64,000 nt of DNA from Nitrospirales bacterium (GCA_963555755.3 OY820905.2:2432001-2496000), one strand, 5' to 3'; shown: positions 40,839-50,057, numbered from the stretch's first letter. Numbers and translations are program-made. Notes: a model not told the origin generated them from the sequence alone.

Positions 40839-41048
40839 TTAAACAGGTTGATAATAAAGCACTAAGAGTTGTTTAGATTTTAATGGGAGGGTCGCATAGG
40901 TACGGCCATCATTATCAACAAACTCGATTTCGAACATGTCTGATCTCAGCGACTCGATGACAGTACCTACCTGTCCACGACGCAATTCATGCTCTGGAAT
41001 GTCTTCTGTTAACGCCACCACATCTAAGGTATGGATTTCCCAGTTCAT
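40839..41048 (-). CDS. DUF4926-domain protein
   Basis: LDVVALTEDIP...L.RGQVGTV, EIEFVDNDGRTYA. Confidence 0.85.
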   Translation of the reverse strand: MNWEIHTLDVVALTEDIPEHELRRGQVGTVIESLRSDMFEIEFVDNDGRTYATLPLKSKQLLVLYYQPV

Positions 41049-41074
41049 TAGGTGTTTAGTCCCGCTCCCTTTTA

Positions 41075-42265
41075 TTAGCGCACCCAATGTTCGACTGGCC
41101 GGGAGAGGAAGTCCTTGATCGCGATACCGTCTCCTCCCACAAGGAGAGTACGTGAAGGTTGAAAGGTGGCGGTAAAAGCTTCCATTCCAGGGAGACTTTC
41201 TCCCCGGCGACCGCTTTTGACTTCGATGGCTGTGACGGATTCCCCTTTGCGGACAACGAAGTCCACCTCGCGATTTCGATCACGCCAATAATACAGTTCG
41301 ATCACGCCGGTAGCTGCTGCGTTGGCCAGATGTGCTCCGATAGCAGACTCAACCACTCGACCCCAGTAACCTAAATCCTTCCGTGCCGTGGTAAGGGTCT
41401 TTCTAGACTGTGCGCTCATGAGAGCGGTATTCAAGACCTGCAATTTTGGACTGGAGGCACGTTGTCGAGCCATTCCGCCGGAATACTTTTGCAAACCCAC
41501 GACCATACCCGCTCCAGCGAGTAATTGAAGATAATGGGCAAGGGTTGTGGTATTCCCGGCATCGTGGAGTTGCCCGAGCATTTTTTGATACGAGAGGATT
41601 TGCCCCGAATACGCACACCCGAGTTCGAAAAGCTGCCGCAACAACGCAGGCTTATCCACCCGGGTGAGTAAGAGGACATCGCGGGAGATGGTCGTCTCAA
41701 TAAGTGAGTCTTTCACGTAACGAGCCCAACGATTGGGCTCGTTCACGAGGGCGGAGGCTCCAGGATAACTGCCGTAAAAGAGAAATTGGTCGAGGGTCCA
41801 CTTGAAAGCCTCCTGCATTTCCCTGTAGGACCAGTGTGGCAGGTGAAGGATTTCAAAACGACCGGCAAGACTTTCTGTAAGTCCACGCTGAATAAGAAGG
41901 GGAGCTGATCCTAAGAGTATGACCTTCAGAGCCAAGCTCTTAGCGGTGTCAGCATCCCACAAACGTTTAACCGTTTCAGACCATTCGGGAACTTTTTGAA
42001 TTTCGTCGAGGATCAGCAAGGCCCCTCGCCGACCGGTGTCGGCGGCGACCAAGCGTGCCGCTTCCCATTGCTGCGTGACCCACGCTGTTCCCTGTAAGGT
42101 GGGTTCATCCGCACTGGCGTAACGAAAAGGAAGTCCGGCCTTCTTGGCGACCTGGCGGACCAATGTTGTTTTCCCCACCTGACGTGCTCCGGTGATGACT
42201 TGGATGAAGCGCCGGCGTTCCTTGAGCCGACGAGATATCTCAATGTGGTGAGGACGAATGTACAT
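41075..42265 (-). CDS. AAA+ ATPase with C-terminal DUF4143 (PD-(D/E)XK-like) domain
   Basis: GARQVGKT, LDEIQK, ESLAGR, YWR....EVDFV...AIEVKS. Confidence 0.9.
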   Translation of the reverse strand: MYIRPHHIEISRRLKERRRFIQVITGARQVGKTTLVRQVAKKAGLPFRYASADEPTLQGTAWVTQQWEAARLVAADTGRRGALLILDEIQKVPEWSETVKRLWDADTAKSLALKVILLGSAPLLIQRGLTESLAGRFEILHLPHWSYREMQEAFKWTLDQFLFYGSYPGASALVNEPNRWARYVKDSLIETTISRDVLLLTRVDKPALLRQLFELGCAYSGQILSYQKMLGQLHDAGNTTTLAHYLQLLAGAGMVVGLQKYSGGMARQRASSPKLQVLNTALMSAQSRKTLTTARKDLGYWGRVVESAIGAHLANAAATGVIELYYWRDRNREVDFVVRKGESVTAIEVKSGRRGESLPGMEAFTATFQPSRTLLVGGDGIAIKDFLSRPVEHWVR

Positions 42266-42276
42266 GTGATTACACT

Positions 42277-42318
42277 TTACTTAATACGTTGAGTAAAATT
42301 ACTCAATGCGCTGAGTAA
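42277..42318. promoter_or_regulatory. Tandem palindromic operator upstream of the ATPase
   Basis: ttacttaatacgttgagtaa and ttactcaatgcgctgagtaa, 22 bp apart. Confidence 0.65.
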
Positions 42319-42654
42319 AGTCAATCACGGACGATACAGAAGTAAGGGTCGGGAGGGTGTAGCGAAACCACTCCACAATTGGATGACGGCAAGGTGAGCC
42401 ACAAGAACAATCGTTTCGACATTTCCTTACATTTAGAGGTCTGTTGAATATTTCACTTCAATTGTACATAAAAGCTTCAGATGAGCCTCGTATCGTCAAT
42501 GGGAGGGAAAGAAGAGGCTCATTGCTCGCCCTCCCGCCCGGACTCAATGGTTCGTCGAAAAATCAATACTCATGCCTGGCCGCATTTCTGACCCTGGAGA
42601 GAGTATTGAGAAAAACAATTAATTATTTAACTAGGATTGACCTTTATTATTTTC

Positions 42655-43026
42655 TTATTTGACGTAGATCACTCCAGGCAGGTCCTTCAGGTCCGCGTCT
42701 CCCGTGACGACTTGCGCGTCCTGATCCCTGGCGGTGGCATACACGATGGCATCGGCCATGGCTAAACCGTACAACAGGCTCATATCCGCCGCCAGATACG
42801 CGATGGATTCCGTGAGCTGGACGACATGGCTCGCACTGAGTTGTCCCGAAACCAATAAGGCCGTCTCTTCCCCCCTCTCCCGTTTGATTTTCTTGTACAC
42901 TTCATACAGAACGATGGTCGGGATGATGCGGTCATGCCGAGGCGAGAAATAGGCAGCGTAGCGTTCGGCAAGTGGTCCTTCTGTAAAGAATTCGATCCAT
43001 CCGCTGGAATCCATCAAGATCTTCAC
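42655..43026 (-). CDS. vapC: VapC/PIN-domain toxin, copy 2
   Basis: Near-identical to 38282-38653; GTG start overlaps the antitoxin stop. Confidence 0.92.
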   Translation of the reverse strand: MKILMDSSGWIEFFTEGPLAERYAAYFSPRHDRIIPTIVLYEVYKKIKRERGEETALLVSGQLSASHVVQLTESIAYLAADMSLLYGLAMADAIVYATARDQDAQVVTGDADLKDLPGVIYVK

Positions 43027-43238
43027 ACCCGGTCCTGCTTTTCCCGGATGCCTGTCTTGGACATCCCCTTCAGCGATCCCTTCAGGTTTTTGAGCGGCAA
43101 TTCCGGAACCAGGGTAATCACTCCACCCTTTTCTATGACCTGTAAACGCTGCTGAGGACACAGGCGAAGCTTCTCCCGCACATCCTTGGGAATCACAATT
43201 TGAAATTTTGGTGAAATCGTTGTCGTGGCCATGCTCAA
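43023..43238 (-). CDS. AbrB/MazE-family antitoxin, copy 2
   Basis: 5 amino-acid differences from copy 1. Confidence 0.92.
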   Translation of the reverse strand: MSMATTTISPKFQIVIPKDVREKLRLCPQQRLQVIEKGGVITLVPELPLKNLKGSLKGMSKTGIREKQDRV

Positions 43239-43557
43239 CCCTCCTTACTAAATCATGATCGATCATGCTATCGTCCTACGACTTGCCAGTCAAGCGCGGG
43301 GGCCTCGCGCGGGATAACATATCTCTGAATAGTGAAAGCTGATAACTTCCAAGTAAATAAATTGGATTAAAATGCTTATGTCCCTTTCGGTGAAAGTAAT
43401 AGTGAGAGCTTTTCCAAACAAGGAGTCATTCCATTTCTTTTCGAATAATTTCAGTGTTTTTCTGACATCTTTGTTGTTCGTGTGTTTCCCAATTATGCCA
43501 TGCGAAAACCCAATAATAAGTTTCCTGGCACCTTTTCCTTCTCTTCAAAATATCCTG

Positions 43558-44103
43558 CTATTCATCGGTGTAGGTTTCCAGTAATTCCTGGATGCGGGAG
43601 AAGATTCGATACAACTCCTTCTGCTGCTTGACAATTTCGGCATGGTTGGCTGCGGCGGCGACACAGCCTCCAAGTTCATCCAGATCGTCCAGGGTAAGAC
43701 TGACTGAGAGGCCATTCTTTTCTACGATGGCCAAGCGGATGCGGTTTTCGAATTCAGGTGGTAAGCAAATATCACTATCGAGGAGAAGCTGCTGTTCACG
43801 TTTGCTGAGCGTGAGGGAAAGCTTTTCGTCTGGTTTGATCTTTTTCCGGGGAGGATTGGAGGGAGAGTTTAGGCCTGGGAACTGAACGTGTGGGTAAAGG
43901 ACCGTGATTGAGCGGGCTTGGCCAGGGATACGCGAAATGAATCCCCGCCTCTCCAAGGTCAAAATCATCTGATGCACCGATGGCGGCGAGATCTGGAAAT
44001 GCCTCTGTATGTCGGCTTCCGCGGGAGGGACCCTCATAAGCAAGATGTACCCGGCGATAAATGCCAGAAACTCAAGCTGGCGAGGTGTAGGCTTGGCATC
44101 CAT
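43558..44103 (-). CDS. LexA-like winged-HTH protein, copy 2
   Basis: Differs from copy 1 only in the N-terminal HTH. Confidence 0.8.
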   Translation of the reverse strand: MDAKPTPRQLEFLAFIAGYILLMRVPPAEADIQRHFQISPPSVHQMILTLERRGFISRIPGQARSITVLYPHVQFPGLNSPSNPPRKKIKPDEKLSLTLSKREQQLLLDSDICLPPEFENRIRLAIVEKNGLSVSLTLDDLDELGGCVAAAANHAEIVKQQKELYRIFSRIQELLETYTDE

Positions 44104-44829
44104 TCAGGGTTCTCCTGTGAAAGCCATATTCAGGACAAAGGGGGGGATCACGTCGAGTCTTGTAGCGCGGATCATCCGATCAACAAATGGGGACAGAATG
44201 GTCGACCTCCTTTCCTTCACGAGGGATAACTTCCATGAAAATTGAAAAGGATTGTGCCCTAGTGGGAAGACAAGAAGCAATGATGCGGGATAGGCTGGGC
44301 GAGAGCGATCATTTTTCGGTGAGGGATCATCTAAATTTCCAATGAGAAGGATTTGTTTAGCGAACGATCAAGGAAAAGATTTCTGAGCCCTTCTTCATAT
44401 CCTGAAAATAAATCTGTCCACTTTTTCTTGATTGGGTTTGTTTGAGAATAATTATTTGCAGGGTTTCGTCCCTGCACGACGAGTCACTTTTGTTTCGGCA
44501 AAAGTGACCAAAACCATTTCCGCCCGTGCGCGGCCCTTCGGGTGCCTCCGCCTCCGTCCCGAATCAAGATGGCTCGGGAACTCGCTCTGCTCAAACAGCC
44601 CTCGCCGAAAAGTCGATTCGGGACTGAGGCTCCGCCGCTCCCAAGGCGGGAAGACACTCAAGAAACAAATCCAGTTTTCAAACTAGTGCGGGGAAGAGCA
44701 AATCCTATTAAACTCAACATGCCTAACCCTACTTCCAACATGCAGTCGTGGTTTTCTAGCCATGCTCCCATCGCAATTGAACGACCAAATTAGCGCAATA
44801 ACGCAGGCCTGACCCTCCTATTAATTCTG

Positions 44830-45399
44830 TCAACGGTTTTTGGGACCCTTTCCCTTCCCTCCTATCTCAACCAGAGCAAACGGAAGGGTAAAATCTAGGT
44901 TAAACGATTCAACCGCAATTAAATTAAGTTCCTCATTATCACGATCCCGGCAATCTCCATTAAAATCACGGCTTCCATTAATGTGAACCAGTACCCTGGT
45001 TTGATCAGGGTCCAGTGGAAGAACCAAATCGCTTAATGCAGGGTCATTGGGTGTCCACGGTGAAATACTATCAAACACCTCTGGAAAAGGGTCCAACGTA
45101 TAGGGGTCACCTTGGCAATTTACCAATGTCCAATAGATATGACGTCCATCTGTTGGAAAAAATCCTAATGGTGCTATCTCTATAAACACATAATTTTTAA
45201 ACTGAAAATATGTCGCTTCACTCGGATCACCAACGTAATAAACCATAACTTTTTCACCACCTGGAACTCCAACTACAGGCCCAAATGTTTTCCCATCATC
45301 ATCAACCACTGCAAGGCCGTTTGCCTGTGCCATAGCAATAGATGGCAGGAAGAGAATAGATAATAAAGCCAGTAAGAGAATCCCTCGTTTGGTCAACAT
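44830..45399 (-). CDS. Secreted hypothetical protein
   Basis: Signal peptide ending AMA-Q; GAGG upstream of the ATG. Confidence 0.7.
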   Translation of the reverse strand: MLTKRGILLLALLSILFLPSIAMAQANGLAVVDDDGKTFGPVVGVPGGEKVMVYYVGDPSEATYFQFKNYVFIEIAPLGFFPTDGRHIYWTLVNCQGDPYTLDPFPEVFDSISPWTPNDPALSDLVLPLDPDQTRVLVHINGSRDFNGDCRDRDNEELNLIAVESFNLDFTLPFALVEIGGKGKGPKNR

Positions 45400-45661
45400 G
45401 ATTGTACCTCTCAGGGTAAAAACACAAAAGCCCTTCAAGACTCTTTGGTCCCAAAGGGCTTCTACCGACTTCCGAACTATTGAACGTAAACGGCCACCGC
45501 TTACCTCCAAATCGTGTAACCCAGGTTATCCCGCCACTGGATCACACCTCCGACTCACCATCTCATCGTCGTACTATTAGAAGTCAAGTGTAAAGAATGG
45601 GGGTAATGAAAGTAAATTGGGTGTATTCGCTAGGTGAAGAGTTTACAATGAAGGGTCTATC

Positions 45662-45725
45662 GTGAGTGCGGAGAGTGAGTAGGCAAGGACAACAAAAAAG
45701 CCCCACCGCCGCAACGATGAGGCTC
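45662..45725 (-). terminator. Repeated terminator module, copy 1 (others at 46734-46798 and 48091-48123)
   Basis: Minus strand gagcctcatcg-loop-cggtggggc-tttttt. Confidence 0.7.
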
Positions 45726-45784
45726 TTTTTTATGTGACGTTTGGTGTGTACGTGTCCCGGTGGTGGCGATGGGCCGAAGGGGGG

Positions 45785-46288
45785 TTACCCGACTTGCTGC
45801 CCCTCACGTCGCCCTTGACGCCAGCGATAGCCAACCAGGCCGACTAAGCCGGTTGACAGTAACATCAGGGTGGCGGGTTCGGGGACCGGGTTCGAGCTGG
45901 TCTTAGGCTCATATCTTCCTGTGCTCATCTCGCTCGTTTCCCCCCCATCGATCGTCGCCCCTGCTGCGAAACTCCCGCCTTGGGCGCTCCATTGCCCCGT
46001 GTTACAATCCGGATTGCAAAATACCAACGCTGCATTCGCCCCTCGTGCTAGTAGGAAACCAACCGCCGCGAAATCCGCTATGTCCGCGGTGACCCAACTT
46101 ATGCCAATAAATGTTATCATAATGTCCGTAGGCTCGAAACCTGTCGCATCAAAATCGATAGAAAACATCCCGCTTATCTCCGGTGGTCCGTTCGGAGTGA
46201 CGATATTGAAATCGACAATGTTAACGGCCATGGCTGGGGTGGCCGTGAGAAGCAGGACACAGAACCCGAGAAGAATTTTAGTTTTCAT
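45785..46288 (-). CDS. PEP-CTERM exosortase-sorted surface protein
   Basis: Signal peptide; VPEPATLMLLSTGLVGLVGYRWR. Confidence 0.92.
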   Translation of the reverse strand: MKTKILLGFCVLLLTATPAMAVNIVDFNIVTPNGPPEISGMFSIDFDATGFEPTDIMITFIGISWVTADIADFAAVGFLLARGANAALVFCNPDCNTGQWSAQGGSFAAGATIDGGETSEMSTGRYEPKTSSNPVPEPATLMLLSTGLVGLVGYRWRQGRREGQQVG

Positions 46289-46379
46289 ATAGAACCGCCT
46301 TTCGTTTCGCTGGGGTTAAGTGGAACAGGCCCGCCAGAATTTGCCAGTGTTCCCGTTCATGTTTACATGTGTGATACGA

Positions 46380-46621
46380 AGCAATTTCCCTGCCACATTG
46401 TGGTGGTTTACGTTAGATGACGTAAGTCAGCGCGTTGAACAATGTTGTGTTCCGTTCCTGTCAGTTACCGTCCCCCTTGGAAGCAACACCTATCAGACCG
46501 TCGGCACCAAAATTGTTGGAAATTTTGACACTTTTCAAAGACCCACACACCGAAGAATTCACAATCACCACTGTTCATACGGCAATGAGTCGCTTTTCGC
46601 AGAATGTAAAAATACCCGACA
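46380..46621 (-). promoter_or_regulatory. Sigma-54 promoter with two enhancer-like sites for the PEP-CTERM gene
   Basis: Minus strand TGGCAGGGAAATTGCT (46395-46380, GG-N10-GC); TGT-N11-ACA at 46514-30 and 46605-21. Confidence 0.75.
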
Positions 46622-46733
46622 CTATTTTCACAAAACATTACACACAACAGACAATCGCCACTGTCCATGGTAAAACGAGCCACTTCGCGCACACTGTGAA
46701 ATTGGCTGACGGTGGGTTAGGTAGGGTGAGGCG

Positions 46734-46798
46734 GTGAGTGCGGAGATTGAGTAGGCAAGGACAACGAAAAAAGCCTCACCGCCGACACGATGAGGCTC
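46734..46798 (-). terminator. Repeated terminator module, copy 2
   Basis: Homologous to 45662-45725, downstream of 46853-47272. Confidence 0.7.
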
Positions 46799-46852
46799 AC
46801 TGTGTGGGTGATGCTGGTATCAATGACTCGTTTACGCCTAGACACACATTTT

Positions 46853-47272
46853 TTAAAATGGCTTTTTCCCCTTTTTCGGTAGGTCGAAGTCGGATGGGTA
46901 GCATGTGAAAATATACACCATTCCCCTAATGTTTGACTGTTCGTCAACAAAGTTTTCAGTGGAAGTTATTGAAACCACGTTAGGGGTTTTATGATATACC
47001 GTTGCGAGTCCAGCTTTTATTTGCTTGGAAAAGGTTTTTGACAAAAGTTCTGCCGTCTCAACTCCCTTTTTATGAGCTGCCTCTATACACTCACCGCGTT
47101 TATAAAAACCATGTTCATAAGAAGTGGGTTCTAATTTTTCATAAGAAGTGGGTTCTAATGTCGTAGTGCTGGTTCGGGTAACAATCGCCTTTTCCCACAA
47201 AATCCACCCATCAGCATAGGCAGCAGTCGGGATGGCCAAAAACAATATTATCAGTAATAGCTTGCTTCGCAT
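46853..47272 (-). CDS. Secreted hypothetical protein
   Basis: Signal peptide AYA-D; W.LW; terminal C.P...D; internal LEPTSYE duplication. Confidence 0.7.
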   Translation of the reverse strand: MRSKLLLIILFLAIPTAAYADGWILWEKAIVTRTSTTTLEPTSYEKLEPTSYEHGFYKRGECIEAAHKKGVETAELLSKTFSKQIKAGLATVYHKTPNVVSITSTENFVDEQSNIRGMVYIFTCYPSDFDLPKKGKKPF

Positions 47273-47283
47273 TATTCACTTCC

Positions 47284-47850
47284 TCAATAGAGCAGATATA
47301 CAAGGATCGCCAATAAGCCTGCCGAGAGGATATGCAAGCCCACCCCTCCCCAAATGCCAACCGTATCGGCCAGGGAGAATGACTCCGCGTCTGGGGTCTT
47401 CGCTGCGATTTTCCCTCTTTCCCTTATTCCACCCAGTAGCCTATATACCTTCAGCACCTGCAAATAATTTTGGATTCGCTCGTACACGATGAACAAGTTT
47501 CCTATGATACTCGCAATAGCCAACCCCCAGATCGCTACCTTTACCCAAGGCGCAAGATTCGACATTTGTCCATGCCAGAGAAGAATCCATCCGAGAATGC
47601 CACAGGCGAGTACATTGGCTGCGTGTGTCTGAATTACAAAGAAGAGGGTCGCGAAAGCGTTTTGAATGCGTGTCTTTTCGCTTTCTGGTAGCGATGGGCT
47701 TTCGTCTCGCAATTTATAATATCTGGGCAAGGACTTTATTAAATCCCCGGAGACGGAGAATAATCTTATAAGGTTGGGAATCAATACCATGAGCAATACG
47801 ATAACTGATCCCCAAACCATGCTGCCCTTGGGTTCTATGAACTCATTCAT
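47284..47850 (-). CDS. Membrane hypothetical protein
   Basis: Four hydrophobic segments. Confidence 0.6.
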   Translation of the reverse strand: MNEFIEPKGSMVWGSVIVLLMVLIPNLIRLFSVSGDLIKSLPRYYKLRDESPSLPESEKTRIQNAFATLFFVIQTHAANVLACGILGWILLWHGQMSNLAPWVKVAIWGLAIASIIGNLFIVYERIQNYLQVLKVYRLLGGIRERGKIAAKTPDAESFSLADTVGIWGGVGLHILSAGLLAILVYLLY

Positions 47851-48053
47851 CACCCACACCAATCCTTCACTTTCGTCCCCCCATCATAGGGAACAGCTAC
47901 TTGTCGTTGAATCAGTAAGTCTGAAATATCCACTCCATCGGCCACCAGTCTGCCCACAATACGAAAATATTTCCCTCTGACTTCCTTGGGGTCATCATCA
48001 ATGGTGAGTTCTTCGAGGGTGCCGAAGTCTTTAGGGTTGAGGGGGGAAGCCAT
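47850..48053 (-). pseudogene. Thermonuclease (SNase)-like C-terminal fragment
   Basis: RGKYFRIV...DG.DISDLLI...AVPYDGGTK..WC without the N-terminal DGDT region. Confidence 0.6.
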
Positions 48054-48419
48054 GATGGAGGAAGGATACTGTATTTAGGTGTGATTGCAAAAGAAAAAGC
48101 CCCACCGCCGAAACGATGAGGCTTGATAAACAGCGAATTGAAGGGTGGATTAAGTGCATGGTTCTGAACCGAAGGGTGAGCTTAGGCATGCCGACATCTA
48201 AGAGAATGTATTAATCAAATACACGCCAGTGGAAAACCAGCTGCCTTTTTGAATTATGCAACAACGCCATGTTATACATGAACCGATTGTGCGAGATATT
48301 TTTAGCTGCGCTTGCCGGACGGGCCGTCTATACCGGGCGTGCGCAAACCGCCCGTGTTACGGTCGCGATGAGCGCGCGGACCGAATATCTACCGCTTTGA
48401 TGATGTACCGCCTCACGAT

Positions 48420-49046
48420 ATGCCTGACGTAATAAAACCGCTCCCACCGCCACGGACATACGGTCACGCGGTCGCAAGATGCTTGATCGCTCCGTTCGTG
48501 AACAGCGCGGTTCGACCGAACCATGTCACGACGGTGCGTCTGCTGACGGGTCTTGGCGCAGCATTGGCATTCGCGATCGGCGGCGAGCCTTGGACGAGGT
48601 TTGCGGGTCTGCTGTTCCTGCTCTCGCACCTGCTCGATCGCGCCGATGGCGAACTTGCGAGATTAACCGGACGCACCTCGCCGGCCGGACATCACTACGA
48701 TCTCCAGTGTGATCTCACGAGCAATGTCGCGATATTTATCGGTATCGGTATTGGGCTGCGGCACAGCGAGCTCGGGCAACTGGCGATCCTAATGGGCATC
48801 GTCGCAGGTGTGTCAATTGGCGCGATCTTTCGCATCGTCTTTGCGTTGCATGACGTTGGTTCTCACCCAAATACCGCACTAGGCGGGGGGAGGCGCTTCG
48901 ACCTGGATGACGGTCTGTTTCTGATCGCACCACTCGCATGGTTGGGTGCCTTAAAGCCGCTGCTGGTCGCGGCAGCAGTTGGCGCGCCACTGTTTTTAAT
49001 ATACGCCCAGTTCCAATACCGACGAACCCGACGAACAACTGACTGA
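48420..49046 (+). CDS. CDP-alcohol phosphatidyltransferase family protein
   Basis: PNHVT, DRADGELAR...S..G..YD..CD. Confidence 0.92.
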   Translation: MPDVIKPLPPPRTYGHAVARCLIAPFVNSAVRPNHVTTVRLLTGLGAALAFAIGGEPWTRFAGLLFLLSHLLDRADGELARLTGRTSPAGHHYDLQCDLTSNVAIFIGIGIGLRHSELGQLAILMGIVAGVSIGAIFRIVFALHDVGSHPNTALGGGRRFDLDDGLFLIAPLAWLGALKPLLVAAAVGAPLFLIYAQFQYRRTRRTTD

Positions 49047-49067
49047 CGTTGGTACTTACCGCCGCCT

Positions 49068-50057
49068 TTAATCAATCCACCCTTCGGCACGGTACCACTG
49101 CACCGCGTCATGCGCGGACGACTCAATCGGCCGCGGGGTGATATCCAGTTCAGTTAGGCTTTTGCTGGGGTCGAAGTACATGCTGCGCCGGGTGAGGCGG
49201 ACCCCGGTAACCGTCGCGAGCGGGTTCTTTCCAGTCACCAGGTCCGCCCAGCGTTCGCTGCACCACGCGGCGGCAACCGCGAGCGCATACGGCACTTGCC
49301 AGCGAGGTGGTTTACACGACGCCGATTTAGCCAGGATGCCCAACCACTCTGATAACCAGTAGTTGTTGCCGCCGAGCAGGTAGCGAACATGCGGCCGTCC
49401 GCGCGCCATAGCTGCCACCATGCCTGCGGCAACATCGCGCGCGTCGATCAAATTAAACTGACAATCAACAATCGCAGGCAGTTGGCCGCGGCATAGCGCA
49501 ACCGCCATCCGGGTCGGTGGTGTCTGTCGGCGATCGCCTGGTCCAACCGGCAGGGTTGGCGCAACGACAATGATCGGCGCACCTTTTGCGGCCATGTCGA
49601 ATGCCGCGCACTCTGCGTGGTATTTGCTCAAACAATAAGGCCCCAACATATCCGATTCGCGCAATTTCAGGGTTTCGACCGCCCCAGATCGATCACCTTC
49701 GGTCGCTAGAATGCTCTCGGTGCTGGTGTGCAACATGCGCTCGACCCCGTGATCGATCCCCGACTGCAACACATTAACCGTGCCAAGGTGGTTTACCTGG
49801 TCGAATTCCCGGCGTTTACGGCGCCACAAATTCGGATCGGCGGCGAGATGATAAATGCTCGTGCAGCCGTGAACCGCAGCATCGACCCCGGCGCGATCTC
49901 GAATATCAACCCGAACGATTTCGACATCGTCTTGCGGCAGATGCGTGACGTCGGCATCGGGGTGCTCCAATATACGGACGCGTTGCCCGTCATTTAACAG
50001 ACGAGTGACTAGATGGGTGCCGAGGAAACCGGCACCACCGGTAACTAATATCCTCAC
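49068..50057 (-). CDS. NAD-dependent epimerase/dehydratase (HpnA/dihydroflavonol reductase-like)
   Basis: TGGAGFLG, HLAA, YCLSK, PT.PVGPGD...TPP. Confidence 0.88.
   Translation of the reverse strand: MRILVTGGAGFLGTHLVTRLLNDGQRVRILEHPDADVTHLPQDDVEIVRVDIRDRAGVDAAVHGCTSIYHLAADPNLWRRKRREFDQVNHLGTVNVLQSGIDHGVERMLHTSTESILATEGDRSGAVETLKLRESDMLGPYCLSKYHAECAAFDMAAKGAPIIVVAPTLPVGPGDRRQTPPTRMAVALCRGQLPAIVDCQFNLIDARDVAAGMVAAMARGRPHVRYLLGGNNYWLSEWLGILAKSASCKPPRWQVPYALAVAAAWCSERWADLVTGKNPLATVTGVRLTRRSMYFDPSKSLTELDITPRPIESSAHDAVQWYRAEGWID

Larger units (their letters stand above)
42502..44821. repeat. Repeat block B, copy 2
   Basis: Direct repeat of 38120-40448; preceded by a truncated MITE-A end (about 42437-42509). 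Confidence 0.95.
36481..48268. mobile_element. Putative decayed 11.8-kb element bounded by IRs and a degenerate 8-bp TSD
   Basis: gcgttgttgcataat (36482-96) and attatgcaacaacgc (48253-67); flanks atgttgtg vs atgttata; no transposase inside. Confidence 0.5.

Noticed and set aside
42655..43266. 203-aa extended VapC or antitoxin-toxin fusion
   Set aside because: The extension is an alternative frame over the antitoxin gene, and copy 1 has a stop in that frame
37000..48200. Integron cassette array
   Set aside because: No intI and no convincing RYYYAAC...GTTRRRY attC sites seen
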